A stretch of DNA of 63,851 bases, the filler included, from Octopus bimaculoides (Eukaryota), in NCBI RefSeq assembly GCF_001194135.2. It is 4 parts of 3 records of this genome, joined end to end, with 100 filler letters (N's around TTAATTAATTAA, not from the genome) between each part and the next. Parts side by side here need not be neighbours in the genome. Positions count along the whole stretch, not along the records: positions 1 to 16,682 come from NC_068983.1; 3 more parts are not named here. One strand, written 5' to 3'. Below are positions 1 through 12,239 of this stretch, one piece after another. Every line of letters starts with the position of its first letter. Positions within the stretch are counted from its first letter, which is position 1. The notes below the pieces were generated by a model. The model made no database searches. It saw nothing but the letters and a program-made list of their open reading frames with translations, and was not told the DNA's origin. The position numbers were made by a program, and so were the translations under genes.

Positions 1-870
1 CTTAAGTTTTCTTCTATTCCTTTCAGCCTTCTAAATTTTTTCCTTTTCTTTTCCTTCTTTCTACTTTTCTTTCTTTCATTCTTTTTTTTTTTTTGTTTCT
101 TTCATTACTTTACTTATTTTTATTTTTCATGATTTTTTTTTTTCATCAACAATGGAATTAGGAGTTATATATGACAAAGAAATTGTCACTTCATTTGTTA
201 CAAATAATCAGGTTGGGAAAAGTGGCAAGTGAACGAAATTGCATCCTGTAATCTTTCTTAGTGTGTGACTGTATGTGTGTATGTATGTCCATATGTCTGT
301 GAATATATATGTATGTATGTATGTATGTACACTTGTCTGCATCTGTGTGTTTGAGTTTAGGTGTGCACATTTGCATTTACACATGTATGCATAACAGGGA
401 GTGTGTGTATGTATGTACATATGTATGAATGTATGTGACATATATGCATGTGTATATGTGCTCACATTATTCATGTATGCACAAATTAATATATATTTCA
501 GAGAAAGAAAGGAATAAAGAGAAAGAGAGAACAAGTGTATGTTTGTGTGTTTTCTATAAATGAATTAAAAGTTTTTCCTTTGAAACAGAATAAGCATCAG
601 CAACTAAGAAAGTGACAAAACTCTACTGTTTGACCTTAAACAGCACCAAAAATGCTGTATTTCTGTGAGTCAGTATAGCCAACTATATAGGTATGTATAG
701 GTATAAATTCAAATAGAGAGACTCAGGAAAATGTTTCATTGATTCTCACTCTTGTCACAGATTAAATCTGGTAAGTTTTGAGCCAATGAATGGGTTTCTA
801 CACGGTTGCTCTACCTACTTGAAATAGCAACCAAATATCCCTCAAATTACACTCTACCATCTTAGGGAAG

Positions 871-1265
871 TTGTTGTTGTTGCTGTTGGCACTCCGTCGC
901 TTACGAAGTCGAGAGTTCCAGTTGATCCAATCAATGGAACAGCCTGTTCGTGAAATTAACGTGCAAGTGGCTGAGCACTCCACAGACACGTGTACCCTTA
1001 ACGTAGTTCTCGGGGATATTCAGCGTGACACAGTGTGACAAGGCTGACCCTTTGAATTACAGGCACAATAGAAACAGGAAGTAAGAGTGAGAGAAAGTTG
1101 TGGTGAAAGAGTATAGCAGGGTTCGACACCATCCCCAGCCGGAGCCTCGTGGAGCTTTAGGTGTTTTTGCTCAATAAACACTCACAACGCCCGGTCTGGG
1201 AATCAAAACCGCGATCTTATGACCGCGAGTCCGCTGCCCTAACCACTGAGCCATTGTGCCTCTAC
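871..1265 (-). mobile_element. tRNA-derived SINE (family 1), full length, inserted into an older repeat, with a 10-bp target-site duplication
   Basis: Reverse complement begins with a tRNA-like head (GGCACAATGGCTCAGTGGTTAGGGCAGCGGACTCGCGG, A and B boxes) and ends in (AAC)n. CTTAGGGAAG occurs at both 861-870 and 1266-1275. A highly similar copy lies at 3788-4174. Confidence 0.9.
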
Positions 1266-1828
1266 CTTAGGGAAGTAGAATGCATTAAATAATGAGGTCT
1301 CAGATACACTGTGCCTGAAAACAAAGATATGATGGGCACAGCTGGATTGCTTTTGATCATAGGTTTGCTCATTTATAGACTGATCTGGAACTAAACAACA
1401 AAATCAATAGCAATCTACAGGGTGTGAGCCAGTCTTTTATCCAATTTTCTATAGAACTCCAGTAATTTCAAATTCCTACATACTAAGAGTCTAAATAAAA
1501 CTTAAAGTTTTGATGCAAATTTATATTCTGCATTAGTTCAGCATAAATATTTAATCTCTAAATAATGAAACAACAAGGAAACTTCTTTATGGACTCTCAA
1601 CTTGCTAGAAGTAGCAGCCAAATTTTCCTTACATCACATACTATTATTTTTCAAAAAAGGATACATTGCATATTGTAGTCTGAGGTCAATGTTTTTTAAC
1701 TTTTTGTGTTCCCTACCACCACCACTACTTTTACCAGTTCACCATCCTGATTTTCCCCTTGCAGCAATGTTACTTAGGCACATATACTGTCAAATCAGAA
1801 AGAAATCAGGGAGAAATTAACTTTTTTT

Positions 1829-1865
<37 letters not shown>

Positions 1866-2852
1866 NNNNNNNNNNNNNNNNNNNNNNNNNNNNNNNNNNN
1901 NNNNNNNNNNNNNNNNNNNNNNNNNNNNNNNNNNNNNNNNNNNNNNNNNNNNNNNNNNNNNNNNNNNNNNNNNNNNNNNNNNNNNNNNNNNNNNNNNNNN
2001 NNNNNNNNNNNNNNNNNNNNNNNNNNNNNNNNNNNNNNNNNNNNNNNNNNNNNNNNNNNNNNNNNNNNNNNNNNNNNNNNNNNNNNNNNNNNNNNNNNNN
2101 NNNNNNNNNNNNNNNNNNNNNNNNNNNNNNNNNNNNNNNNNNNNNNNNNNNNNNNNNNNNNNNNNNNNNNNNNNNNNNNNNNNNNNNNNNNNNNNNNNNN
2201 NNNNNNNNNNNNNNNNNNNNNNNNNNNNNNNNNNNNNNNNNNNNNNNNNNNNNNNNNNNNNNNNNNNNNNNNNNNNNNNNNNNNNNNNNNNNNNNNNNNN
2301 NNNNNNNNNNNNNNNNNNNNNNNNNNNNNNNNNNNNNNNNNNNNNNNNNNNNNNNNNNNNNNNNNNNNNNNNNNNNNNNNNNNNNNNNNNNNNNNNNNNN
2401 NNNNNNNNNNNNNNNNNNNNNNNNNNNNNNNNNNNNNNNNNNNNNNNNNNNNNNNNNNNNNNNNNNNNNNNNNNNNNNNNNNNNNNNNNNNNNNNNNNNN
2501 NNNNNNNNNNNNNNNNNNNNNNNNNNNNNNNNNNNNNNNNNNNNNNNNNNNNNNNNNNNNNNNNNNNNNNNNNNNNNNNNNNNNNNNNNNNNNNNNNNNN
2601 NNNNNNNNNNNNNNNNNNNNNNNNNNNNNNNNNNNNNNNNNNNNNNNNNNNNNNNNNNNNNNNNNNNNNNNNNNNNNNNNNNNNNNNNNNNNNNNNNNNN
2701 NNNNNNNNNNNNNNNNNNNNNNNNNNNNNNNNNNNNNNNNNNNNNNNNNNNNNNNNNNNNNNNNNNNNNNNNNNNNNNNTAATTCTCTAAATGAAGTATT
2801 AACAGTAACTGCACGATAAAGTGTAGTATATTGCCACTTAAGTGTGGCTGAC

Positions 2853-2897
<45 letters not shown>

Positions 2898-3166
2898 AGA
2901 GAGAGAGAGAGAGAGAGATACATACATACATACATTTAGATTTGTTCAAATATGTTAGGGATGTATTTAACCTGTAAAAAGGCTGTTTTCACTGCAGTTT
3001 GCCACTGAGAAAAATTCTTGCTTTTGGCAATAGGTGTTAAATACATAATTTTCATTTAATGGTGTTCTATGGTGAATACATTTCTAGCTACTTAGCTATC
3101 ATCAGCATTCTGTACCACAAGAGAGTTGAACCTGAAATGATTTTGGAAATCTTCACTTCCTTCCAG

Positions 3167-3254
3167 GAAATCAGGATCAAAACTTTATCTGTTTACATGC
3201 AAAACCAGCCAAGGTTAGAACAAAGTATTACAGTAGGCATGTGAAAGCAGCATT
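3167..3254 (+). CDS. Internal coding exon of the uncharacterised host gene (phase 1 to phase 2): xNQDQNFICLHAKPAKVRTKYYSRHVKAA(L)
   Basis: Acceptor CTTCACTTCCTTCCAG|G and donor ATT|GTAAGT. The frame is open and the phase joins exon 15200-15230. No transcript evidence; intervening exons could hide in gaps. Confidence 0.6.
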
Positions 3255-3274
3255 GTAAGTAAACAAACTCTTTC

Positions 3275-3312
<38 letters not shown>

Positions 3313-3787
3313 CTTCTCGTTTAGTCACAGTTCAGCCTTAGTCCAGCAGATTTATGATCAAAGTCATTCAATCCTTCAACACCTCATCCTTGTGTATATA
3401 TATATATTCTTTTATTCTTTTATTTGTTTCAGTCAGTTGGCTGCAGCCATGCTGGGGCACTGCCCCGCTAGTCAAACAATTCGACCCCGGGACTTATTCT
3501 TTGTAAGCCTAGTACTTATTTTATTGGTTTCTTTTGCCGAACCACTGCAAAGTTACAGAGATGTAAACACACCAACATCAATTGTCAAGTAATAGTGGGG
3601 GGGACAAACACAGACACACAAACATATACATATATATATATATAGATAGGGTGATAAATTGAATATTAATTCAATTTAAAACCAAGTGGCCTAGCATATA
3701 AAAAAATCTGAAAATTCAGAAAAAATTGTATTACAAGGGATGACCACGAGGTGGACATCCAATATGCTAGAAAGAGGTCATCCCATG

Positions 3788-4174
3788 TGGAGGCGCAATG
3801 GCCCACTGGTTAAGGCAGCGGACTCGCGGTCGGAGGATCGCAGTTTCGAATCCCAGACCGGGCGTTGTGTCTGTTTAATGAGCGAAAACACCTAAAAGCT
3901 CCACGAGGCTCTGGCAGGGGATGGTGGTGAACCCTGCTGTACTCTTTCACCACATCTTTCTCTCACTCTTACTTCCTGTTTCTGTTGTGCCTGTAATTCA
4001 AAGGGTCAGCCTTGTGACAATGTGTCACGCTGAATATCCCCGAGAATTACGTTAAGGGTACATGCGTCTGTGGAGTGCTCAGCCACTTGCACGTTAATTT
4101 CACGAGCAGTCTGTTCCGTTGATCGGATCAACTGGTACCCTCAACATCGTAAGCGACGGAGTGCCAACAACAAT
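3788..4174 (+). mobile_element. tRNA-derived SINE (family 1), 3' tail runs into a gap
   Basis: A box TGGCCCACTGGTTAAGG, B box GTTTCGAATCC; the body aligns by eye along its length with the reverse complement of 871-1265. Confidence 0.9.
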
Positions 4175-5084
4175 NNNNNNNNNNNNNNNNNNNNNNNNNN
4201 NNNNNNNNNNNNNNNNNNNNNNNNNNNNNNNNNNNNNNNNNNNNNNNNNNNNNNNNNNNNNNNNNNNNNNNNNNNNNNNNNNNNNNNNNNNNNNNNNNNN
4301 NNNNNNNNNNNNNNNNNNNNNNNNNNNNNNNNNNNNNNNNNNNNNNNNNNNNNNNNNNNNNNNNNNNNNNNNNNNNNNNNNNNNNNNNNNNNNNNNNNNN
4401 NNNNNNNNNNNNNNNNNNNNNNNNNNNNNNNNNNNNNNNNNNNNNNNNNNNNNNNNNNNNNNNNNNNNNNNNNNNNNNNNNNNNNNNNNNNNNNNNNNNN
4501 NNNNNNNNNNNNNNNNNNNNNNNNNNNNNNNNNNNNNNNNNNNNNNNNNNNNNNNNNNNNNNNNNNNNNNNNNNNNNNNNNNNNNNNNNNNNNNNNNNNN
4601 NNNNNNNNNNNNNNNNNNNNNNNNNNNNNNNNNNNNNNNNNNNNNNNNNNNNNNNNNNNNNNNNNNNNNNNNNNNNNNNNNNNNNNNNNNNNNNNNNNNN
4701 NNNNNNNNNNNNNNNNNNNNNNNNNNNNNNNNNNNNNNNNNNNNNNNNNNNNNNNNNNNNNNNNNNNNNNNNNNNNNNNNNNNNNNNNNNNNNNNNNNNN
4801 NNNNNNNNNNNNNNNNNNNNNNNNNNNNNNNNNNNNNNNNNNNNNNNNNNNNNNNNNNNNNNNNNNNNNNNNNNNNNNNNNNNNNNNNNNNNNNNNNNNN
4901 NNNNNNNNNNNNNNNNNNNNNNNNNNNNNNNNNNNNNNNNNNNNNNNNNNNNNNNNNNNNNNNNNNNNNNNNNNNNNNNNNNNNNNNNNNNNNNNNNNNN
5001 NNNNNNNNNNNNNNNNNNNNNNNNNNNNNNNNNNNNNNNNNNNNNNNNNNNNNNNNNNNNNNNNNNNNNNNNNNNNNNNNNNNN

Positions 5085-5421
5085 TGTCCTCAGCAGTTAC
5101 AGCCCATGTTTCACTGCCATGTAGCATGGCTGTTCGTACGCATGTGTCATACAGTCTGCCTTTTACTCTGAGTGAGAGTCCCTTTGTCGCCAGCAGGGGT
5201 AAGAGCTCTCTAAACTTTGCCCAGGCTATTCTTATTCTAGCAGCTACACTTTCAGTGCACCCACCCCCACTACTAACTTGGTCGCCCAGATAGTGGAAGC
5301 TATCGACTACCTCTAGTTTTTCACCCTGGAATGAGATAGAAGTTGTTTCCTGTTTGTTTACAGTCTTTATTGCACCTGAACATCTGTCTATATTGCAATT
5401 AGTAAAATAGTCATCCAGCAA
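5085..5421 (-). mobile_element. RTE-clade LINE ORF fragment (region C-terminal to the RT core)
   Basis: Translation EKLEVVDSFHYLGDQVSSGGGCTESVAARIRIAWAKFRELLPLL...RLYDTCVRTAMLHGSETW matches the characteristic RTE F.YLG..../LYG.ETW region. Confidence 0.9.
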
Positions 5422-5527
5422 GAGACCAAAGATATTTCGTTTTAATTCTATTGGTGGGCTTGTTACTCTTTTCTCAGATTTACTGTCATATATAAATTTA
5501 TGCTTTACAATAATGAGTTTGAGCTTT

Positions 5528-5760
5528 CATTAAACTTTTAGCATTCAGATTTCTTTCTCAAATGTATTGCTTATATAATCACATTGTTTCGAATTAGTCA
5601 CACATTGTCTTGTGACTTTGAGATTTCAATGGTATGTTTCTATATTTTGAGAATAAGATTGTAGTGTAGGTTTGGGGCATTAGATCTGGTCAGTTTTAAT
5701 ATTAAAGCAGGAAGAATATTTGGGCCAAATATGACTGGATTATATTGCTGAACAGTTAAA
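5528..5760. mobile_element. Degenerate copy of the piggyBac-like MITE family
   Basis: Starts TTAAACTTTTAGCATTCAGATT, like the TIR of 27469-27658; internal similarity to 52089-52309. Confidence 0.5.
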
Positions 5761-5859
5761 CATAATAAATACATGAAATTATAACAGGATGTCAGAATTT
5801 CATTTTCATTCCAAATGGCAACCATATTTTAATATTTTTTATAATCTGATCTGGGGAAA

Positions 5860-6020
5860 GACAGTCTGCCCATCGCCTGCATAAGCAGTTTGACACTGGT
5901 GAAATTGATGTTTTTAAATAGCTTCAAGTCAATAACTATAGAAAAAATTTCAGCTGGAAAAGAATTCCAGGGGGGTTGACATTTTGTAGAGAAAGGCTGA
6001 GTAAGTTATTTATGCAGCTC
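5860..6020 (-). mobile_element. Possible CR1/L2-type LINE 3' remnant
   Basis: Minus-strand PWNSFPAEIFSIVIDLKLFK resembles the WNSLP.E....L..FK C-terminal motif; short and degraded. Confidence 0.35.
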
Positions 6021-6468
6021 TTAGTATGGGAACAATATGTACCATGAGAGAAAGAGAGATGAGTGAGTCAGGTTGTTTTGAGTGGAGGTGGTACAAGATC
6101 AGACAGCTGTGAGGAAGAGAGGCTATTGTAGTAGTTTTAGAAAAGATAGTGTGAAGAGACTGCATGTTTATGGGCCAGAAGCTGGAGTGTGTTAGTGAGT
6201 AACTTCATTCCAATAACATGATGACATCTTTTGGGATCTAGTCTACGGTGTCTGTATGTGTAGCATCAACATTGTTCTACCAGATGTAAAAGCAACTCTG
6301 GGCTATGTACTGCAACTATTTCTGTTGACTGAACAATTGTAGTTGCATTCCTTCCTCAAAGACCCAAAGACTGTGTCACTATCTGATATGTCCTACGATG
6401 CAATTGTCCAACAATTCAGCTAACTAGATTATTAGTTTTGATTCATTCCTTCTGAAAAGTTCAGAATT

Positions 6469-6598
6469 AGCTTTACAAAGGTAAATAAATAAAGTAAGGC
6501 CCACAGCTTTACACAGGTAAATAAAGTAAGGCCCACAGCTTTACACAGGTAAATAAAGTAAGGCCCACAGCTTTACACAGGTAAATAAAGTAAGGCCC
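6469..6598 (+). repeat. 32-bp minisatellite, about 3.5-4 units
   Basis: Unit GTAAATAAAGTAAGGCCCACAGCTTTACACAG is exact at 6517-6548 and 6549-6580; the first unit (6481-6516) has a 4-nt extension and a partial unit spans 6581-6598. Confidence 0.95.
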
Positions 6599-8951
6599 AG
6601 TGATGGTATTTATCAGAAAAATACAAATCTTTTTTTTTTAATCAGTTAATAACATATAAATTAAAATAAGTTCATGTGTTGTTGTTGCTTGTCCAAGGTC
6701 AGCTCTGATTGAGCAGACTTATGTTCAAAGGGGTTCCATCTGAGACCATTCTATCTAATGCATATCCAAGATTGTGTCAGTTTGTTTTTAAAATGTTGTA
6801 TGAACTGAGAGGATTTAGTTGCTATTTCTAACAGATTAAAGAACAATTGCATAAAGACTCCTTCATTGGCTTGTAAGTTCATGGATTGTAAAAGAGTTTA
6901 GCACTCACCTCTATTTCGACGTAATTGGCATAATTTTTCAAATTTTATTTTTTTAGTTATTCAGAGTAGAAAACAAGACCCTGTGACATGAATGACCTTT
7001 GGAAGGGCAAGAATAGCCAAGTGCTATTTATCCCTTCTTTTTATATTTTCCCTGCTTATCTGGTAATACTTCAGTGTACCCACTTAGGTACATTAGAATA
7101 GCAAGTTATGTTTAGACATGGATATACAACTTTAAAAACTTACACACTTCTATCTAGCATACAATCTGCAAAAACATAAAAAAACAACAAAAACTTCATA
7201 GCTGTATCACTTACACAGACAGCTTTCTCACCTGCTAGAACTGAGATCTGAAATTCTGAGGATTCTTTAAACAAACATTCTACCCACTTTGCTATTGGTC
7301 GATATCTCTTTAAAATATCTACACTTCAAAAACTTAATTATCATCTAGTTTTACATTGAAAAAATATATCATTTACCAACAGTTATATTCTTTACCTTTT
7401 TATTTTTTTGTTTCTTTTTTACCTTTATTTTCAGAGAGATTTTTTTTAACTTTCACAGTTCTTTATCTTTTGTTCATACTGCTTTGAAAATGTTAAAAAG
7501 TTATTATCTCCTTTAAACAAAAGTATAATTAAGTAACATGGTTTTCCACTGTACATAATTACTCCTAAGCTAAAACAAAGGGGCTGAATATAAGAGAAAG
7601 AGTCAGAGTGGAGAGGGAGAGAGAAAGAGAGAGAGAGATGCTATAAGCAATATACAGTTTTGAAAGAAGGATATTCAATTCAGTTTCTTCGTTTTAATAA
7701 ACTCAATCTAATTAAATAGAGAAGCTAGCATGTCTTTTGAGATAATCAAATGCTAAACTAGGAAGAAGTCAAAGCAATAGACTGTGTCTGCCCTCTGGAA
7801 TCCCACGGCTACAACTGAAATATTACCGGCAAACTACGAGTAAATGAGATCAGAACAAAAGAGATAAGTAATATCTGACAACAGCAATTTACACATTCAT
7901 TTAAAACAATTCCATGACTTTGTAAGGAAATGTTTTGTTGTTTGTGGTATGGTTTTTTGATGATTATGTTATTGCTGTTGTTTGTTTTCTTGTTTGTTTT
8001 TCCAATAACATTCCGTTTACAAGTGAAATAGAAGTAAATGTAATTATTTAAAATGATTTGATTTGAAACTCTACTAAATTTATTTCTCCATCTTTACAAT
8101 TGTATTATAAAAATCTAAATTCATCTCCTTTTAAACATATCAGCTTCCCCGGAAGTTTTCCATCAGCTAATTCAGATCAACATATCCAACATGTTTAGAT
8201 TAGATTGTGCAGTGTTAAGTACCTTTTCCCAACTTACTAAACAATCTCTTATAAAATGAAATGTGTATGTATGTATGAAGGGGAGGAAGAGGTAGATGGT
8301 TTAAAAGACAATAACTCTTAATGATTAAGTTAAGCAAATCAACTAGTTTATTCAACTGAATACGTATATTAAGTCCCTTGTGTTGGATTACCAACATCAC
8401 CCAAACCTTTTTTAAACATACAGCTACTACCTCTACCCTTTCCCCCCAGCTCTTTCCAATTTCTAAATTGTTCAGAATTATCATTTTAAACCATTGTAAA
8501 GTAACTCATTTCCTACTTGTTCATCCTTTCAAAGGGGAAGATGAGGCTTTAATAAAGTTTCAATATTGTTTTTGATTGTGAGATTTCAATCCCATTTCTC
8601 TAAGTATCATCCTTCACAAATCTAACACTTAAGTGACCCTCACCCTTCTCCAAATGGTCTTTTCACATTCTATTTTATTTGTAATACTAACACATAAGGA
8701 TATAGTCACAGAATAAATGCCTAGCAGAGCTGAGGTCAAATTTGGATATTAAACACAATAATTCTTAAAATCATAACAAAAACTTTCATACACTTCTATC
8801 CATCATTTTCTTTACAATTTCTATTCCTCCTTAACCTCTCTAGCACTCTCTCTCTCTCACACACACACACATCCATACACACTCTCCCCCTCTCATCCCT
8901 CTCTCTTTACACATATATATATGTGTGCATATGTACACACATATATATGTA

Positions 8952-8993
<42 letters not shown>

Positions 8994-8999
8994 TATAAG

Positions 9000-9425
9000 G
9001 CACAGGCTTGGCTGTTGTGGTAAGAAGCTTGATTCCCAACCACATGGCTTCAGCTTCAGTCCTGCTGCGAGGGACCTTGGGCAAATGTCTTCTACTAATA
9101 GCCTTGAGTTGACCAAAGCCTTGTGAGTGGATTTGGTAGATGGAAACTGAAATAAGCCCGTCGCATATGTGTGTGTGTGTGTATGTAATATGTATATGTA
9201 TGTATATATTTATATGTGTGTTTGTGTCTGTTTGACCCTGTTACCATCACTTGAGAACTGATGTTGGTGTGTTTACAACCCCATAATTTAGTGGTTCAAC
9301 AGAAAAGACCAATAGATAAAGCACCAGGCTTACAAAGAATAAGTCCAGTAGCCAGTTTCTTTGACTAAAAGGCAATGTTCCAGCATGGTCACAGTCAAAT
9401 GACTAAAACAAGTAAAAGAATAAAA
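9000..9425 (+). mobile_element. Bipartite tRNA/CORE-like SINE (family 2), diverged full copy
   Basis: tRNA-like head, CCTTGGGCAAATGTCTT (CORE-like), GGAAACTGAAATAAGCCCGTCG, an internal TG/TA microsatellite, then the 3' half shared with 48139-48519. Confidence 0.85.
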
Positions 9426-9634
9426 GGAACATGCATATATAAATTTATATACAAACATATATGTGTATGTATGTATGTATGAGCATAGGCATGGTAGTGT
9501 AGTAAGAAGTTTGCTTCCCAACCACGTGGTTCCAGATCCAGTCCCACTGTGTGGCACCTTGGGTATATGTTTTCTACTATAGCCCCAGTCTAACCAAAAC
9601 CTTAAAAGTGGATTTGGCAAGCAGAGGAAGCCCG

Positions 9635-9754
<120 letters not shown>

Positions 9755-11801
9755 TAATGGGAGGGGTATGATATCCAGGCGGATATCGAATTCCTCTAAG
9801 TAAAATGCCAAGACTGGTTCCTTCCAGTGGTGCATTTTTTGGTAATTTACCTTCAGCTCTCCTCTGATGTTCCAGTTAATTTCTTGAGTACTTAGAGTGT
9901 AAAGAACAATATTAAAATGGGGAGAAAGAAGAATTTGAACATTCACACTTTATCTTTATTGTTGCATATTCACATGCAGTGATTTATGCATTATTGGTGT
10001 GATCTCATCAGGGCAAATAAAATTGACATCGTTTGAAGAGGAATTTTCCTCCTCATTAATTTGAATTAGATTTGGTAGAAGTAGTAAACTCTGAACATTC
10101 CTCAATGAAATGTTTGTTTGGGTGAAAGTCAATAGCATCAGTAGCAGTGATTGTTGAGGTCAGCAATTGTTCCTGATTAGGCTGGGAGTGGTTATTTATC
10201 AGATACTTATTTTTTTAATGATTCTACATACTTTATACTCATAAGGCATATTGATGGAATTCAGAGTTGATTGTATTATTTGAATTTTGTAAAGGTTATT
10301 AATAGTAGTAGTGGATAATTGTTAATTAGTAAAAACTACGTGGTTATTAAAAATAAGAAATAGTTGTATTTTCAATTCTTCTAACTTATTACTTAAAACA
10401 TATAAGTAAAAAGTAATAAGTTACATATGTATGTAGTGTCCAGGAGTATAACACATGCTCAGTATTTTGCTGTTGTAAAAAACTTAGAATCCCCTGAGTG
10501 AAAAAAGTGAGAAGAGGGGATTTCAGCAGTTATATGTTGGCTGTATGTGTGAATGTTTTTGGTTGTAGTGTTTGATCTGAGAAGCAATGTTGTTAAAGTA
10601 TGAAATTACATCTTGATGGCTACAAGACCAGACAAGGTCGGTTTTCCCTTATGCCATAGCAGTCCAGCCATAAACCTTTCTGAGTCCCCACATATTTGAA
10701 CAACGTGCCTTGCTTTGACTAGTTAGTGTTGGTTTTGCAGATGTTTTACAGATGCAGCATCAACCATGCAGCAATTACTGCCTGTTCAATTGTACATGAA
10801 CCTTATGTGCATGAAACCCTAAGTAGCAAAGGTGTGAATCACCAACGGATTACACATAAATGTAAAATCTGCACCATGTACCAAGTGTTCTTTTTTCTTT
10901 GGTTTATAGACAGAACCACAAATATAAAGACAAATAAACACACACACATGCGCACGTGCACAAACACATACACACACACACATATACACACACACATACA
11001 CACATATACACACACACATACATATGTTTATTGATATGTAAGATAAACAGGATTATATGTTTCCACACAAGAGTTTCATTCAATGTCTTTTGGTTGGCTG
11101 TACATATTAGGGATTTTCAAGGCTGATTGAATGAAACTACAGTGCAAAAAGGTAATCCTGTTTACTATAAATGTCAGGCTTAACATATTTCAACACTAGA
11201 CTGTATTGACCACATTTATACCTCTTACCAAGAGTTAAACAGCAAATATATGTATATCTATATGCATGCGTTTGTATGTATGTACACACACAAATATATA
11301 TATATATATACATCTATATATATATATATACTATGTATTATTCAATAGACTATGTAGACTATGTAGACTATGTATATATATATACATACATATAGTAGAA
11401 ACAATGGCTACAGAAGATAGAGTATACTAGAAACTTTATTTATCACAATGATCATTCCAACACATGCCGCTCCACTCCCTCATGGGTGGGAAACTATACA
11501 ATGAATTATACTAAATGTGCACTGAGGAATTTCTAACATAGACCCAGCGACAATTGTGCAAACTTTAATTTTCAACTTATACATATATATATATATATAC
11601 ATATATATNNNNNNNNNNNNNNNNNNNNNNNNNNNNNNNNNNNNNNNNNNNNNNNNNNNNNNNNNNNNNNNNNNNNNNNNNNNNNNNNNNNNNNNNNNNN
11701 NNNNNNNNNNNNNNNNNNNNNNNNNNNNNNNNNNNNNNNNNNNNNNTATATATATATATATATATATATGCATGCAAGCATACATATGTATGCATTTGTA
11801 T

Positions 11802-11966
11802 ATGACACCATTTATCTTAGTTGAAGGTACAGTATTGAAAGTGATAGACAGATTTGTCAACCTAGACAACACATGCAGACGTCCTTGCTCCTTGAATGAT
11901 GAAATATCTTTAATGCTTCAGAAGGCAACTGATTCCTTCCAAGCTCTTGAGTTTTTTGCCTGGGCT
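11802..11966 (+). mobile_element. RTE-clade LINE remnant
   Basis: VEGTVLKVIDRFVNLDNTCRRPCSLNDEISLMLQKATDSFQAL matches the RTE pattern L.VVD.F.YLGS....SLDDEI..RL.KA...F..L. Confidence 0.7.
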
Positions 11967-12239
11967 TGTGTATGTATGTATGTATGTATGTATGCTTGTA
12001 TGTACATGTGATGCTATGTTGAAACCAATTATATGTACACACATATGTACATACATACGTACATGCATATTTAATTGGATGGTTGGTTGAAGAAGTAAGC
12101 TGGTTTGAGGTCCAATATATGTGTGTGTGTGGATAAAGGAAGAATGAGAAAACCAGGTAGGATTAAATGCAACAATTTATTCAACCTATTAAAGAGCATT
12201 AACATAGCTTTGCTTTTGTCCTTATGTCAGAAGAAGGCT

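Noticed and set aside
151-231. Short ORF MELGVIYDKEIVTSFVTNNQ as a first coding exon
   Set aside because: Only weak donors, no convincing phase-1 donor to join exon 3167, and no homology recognised.
1759-2949. Long ORFs crossing N runs or microsatellites (also 4070-5293, 11480-12011, 13651-14871, 32939-33683, 46315-46683, 55804-56810)
   Set aside because: They are open only because N or dinucleotide repeats lack stops; the products are YIYI/CVCV/X strings.
3788-3860. tRNA-like sequences at SINE heads
   Set aside because: They have A and B boxes but no complete cloverleaf or acceptor stem, and continue into repeated SINE bodies; not tRNA genes.
6469-6598. Short direct-repeat arrays (also 40059-40129) as CRISPR-like loci
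   Set aside because: Head-to-tail units with no unique spacers, no cas genes and a eukaryotic context.
10741-10830. Candidate exon CSINHAAITACSIVHEPYVHETLSSK with plausible splice sites
   Set aside because: Its end phase does not fit the downstream exon chain, and nothing else supports it.
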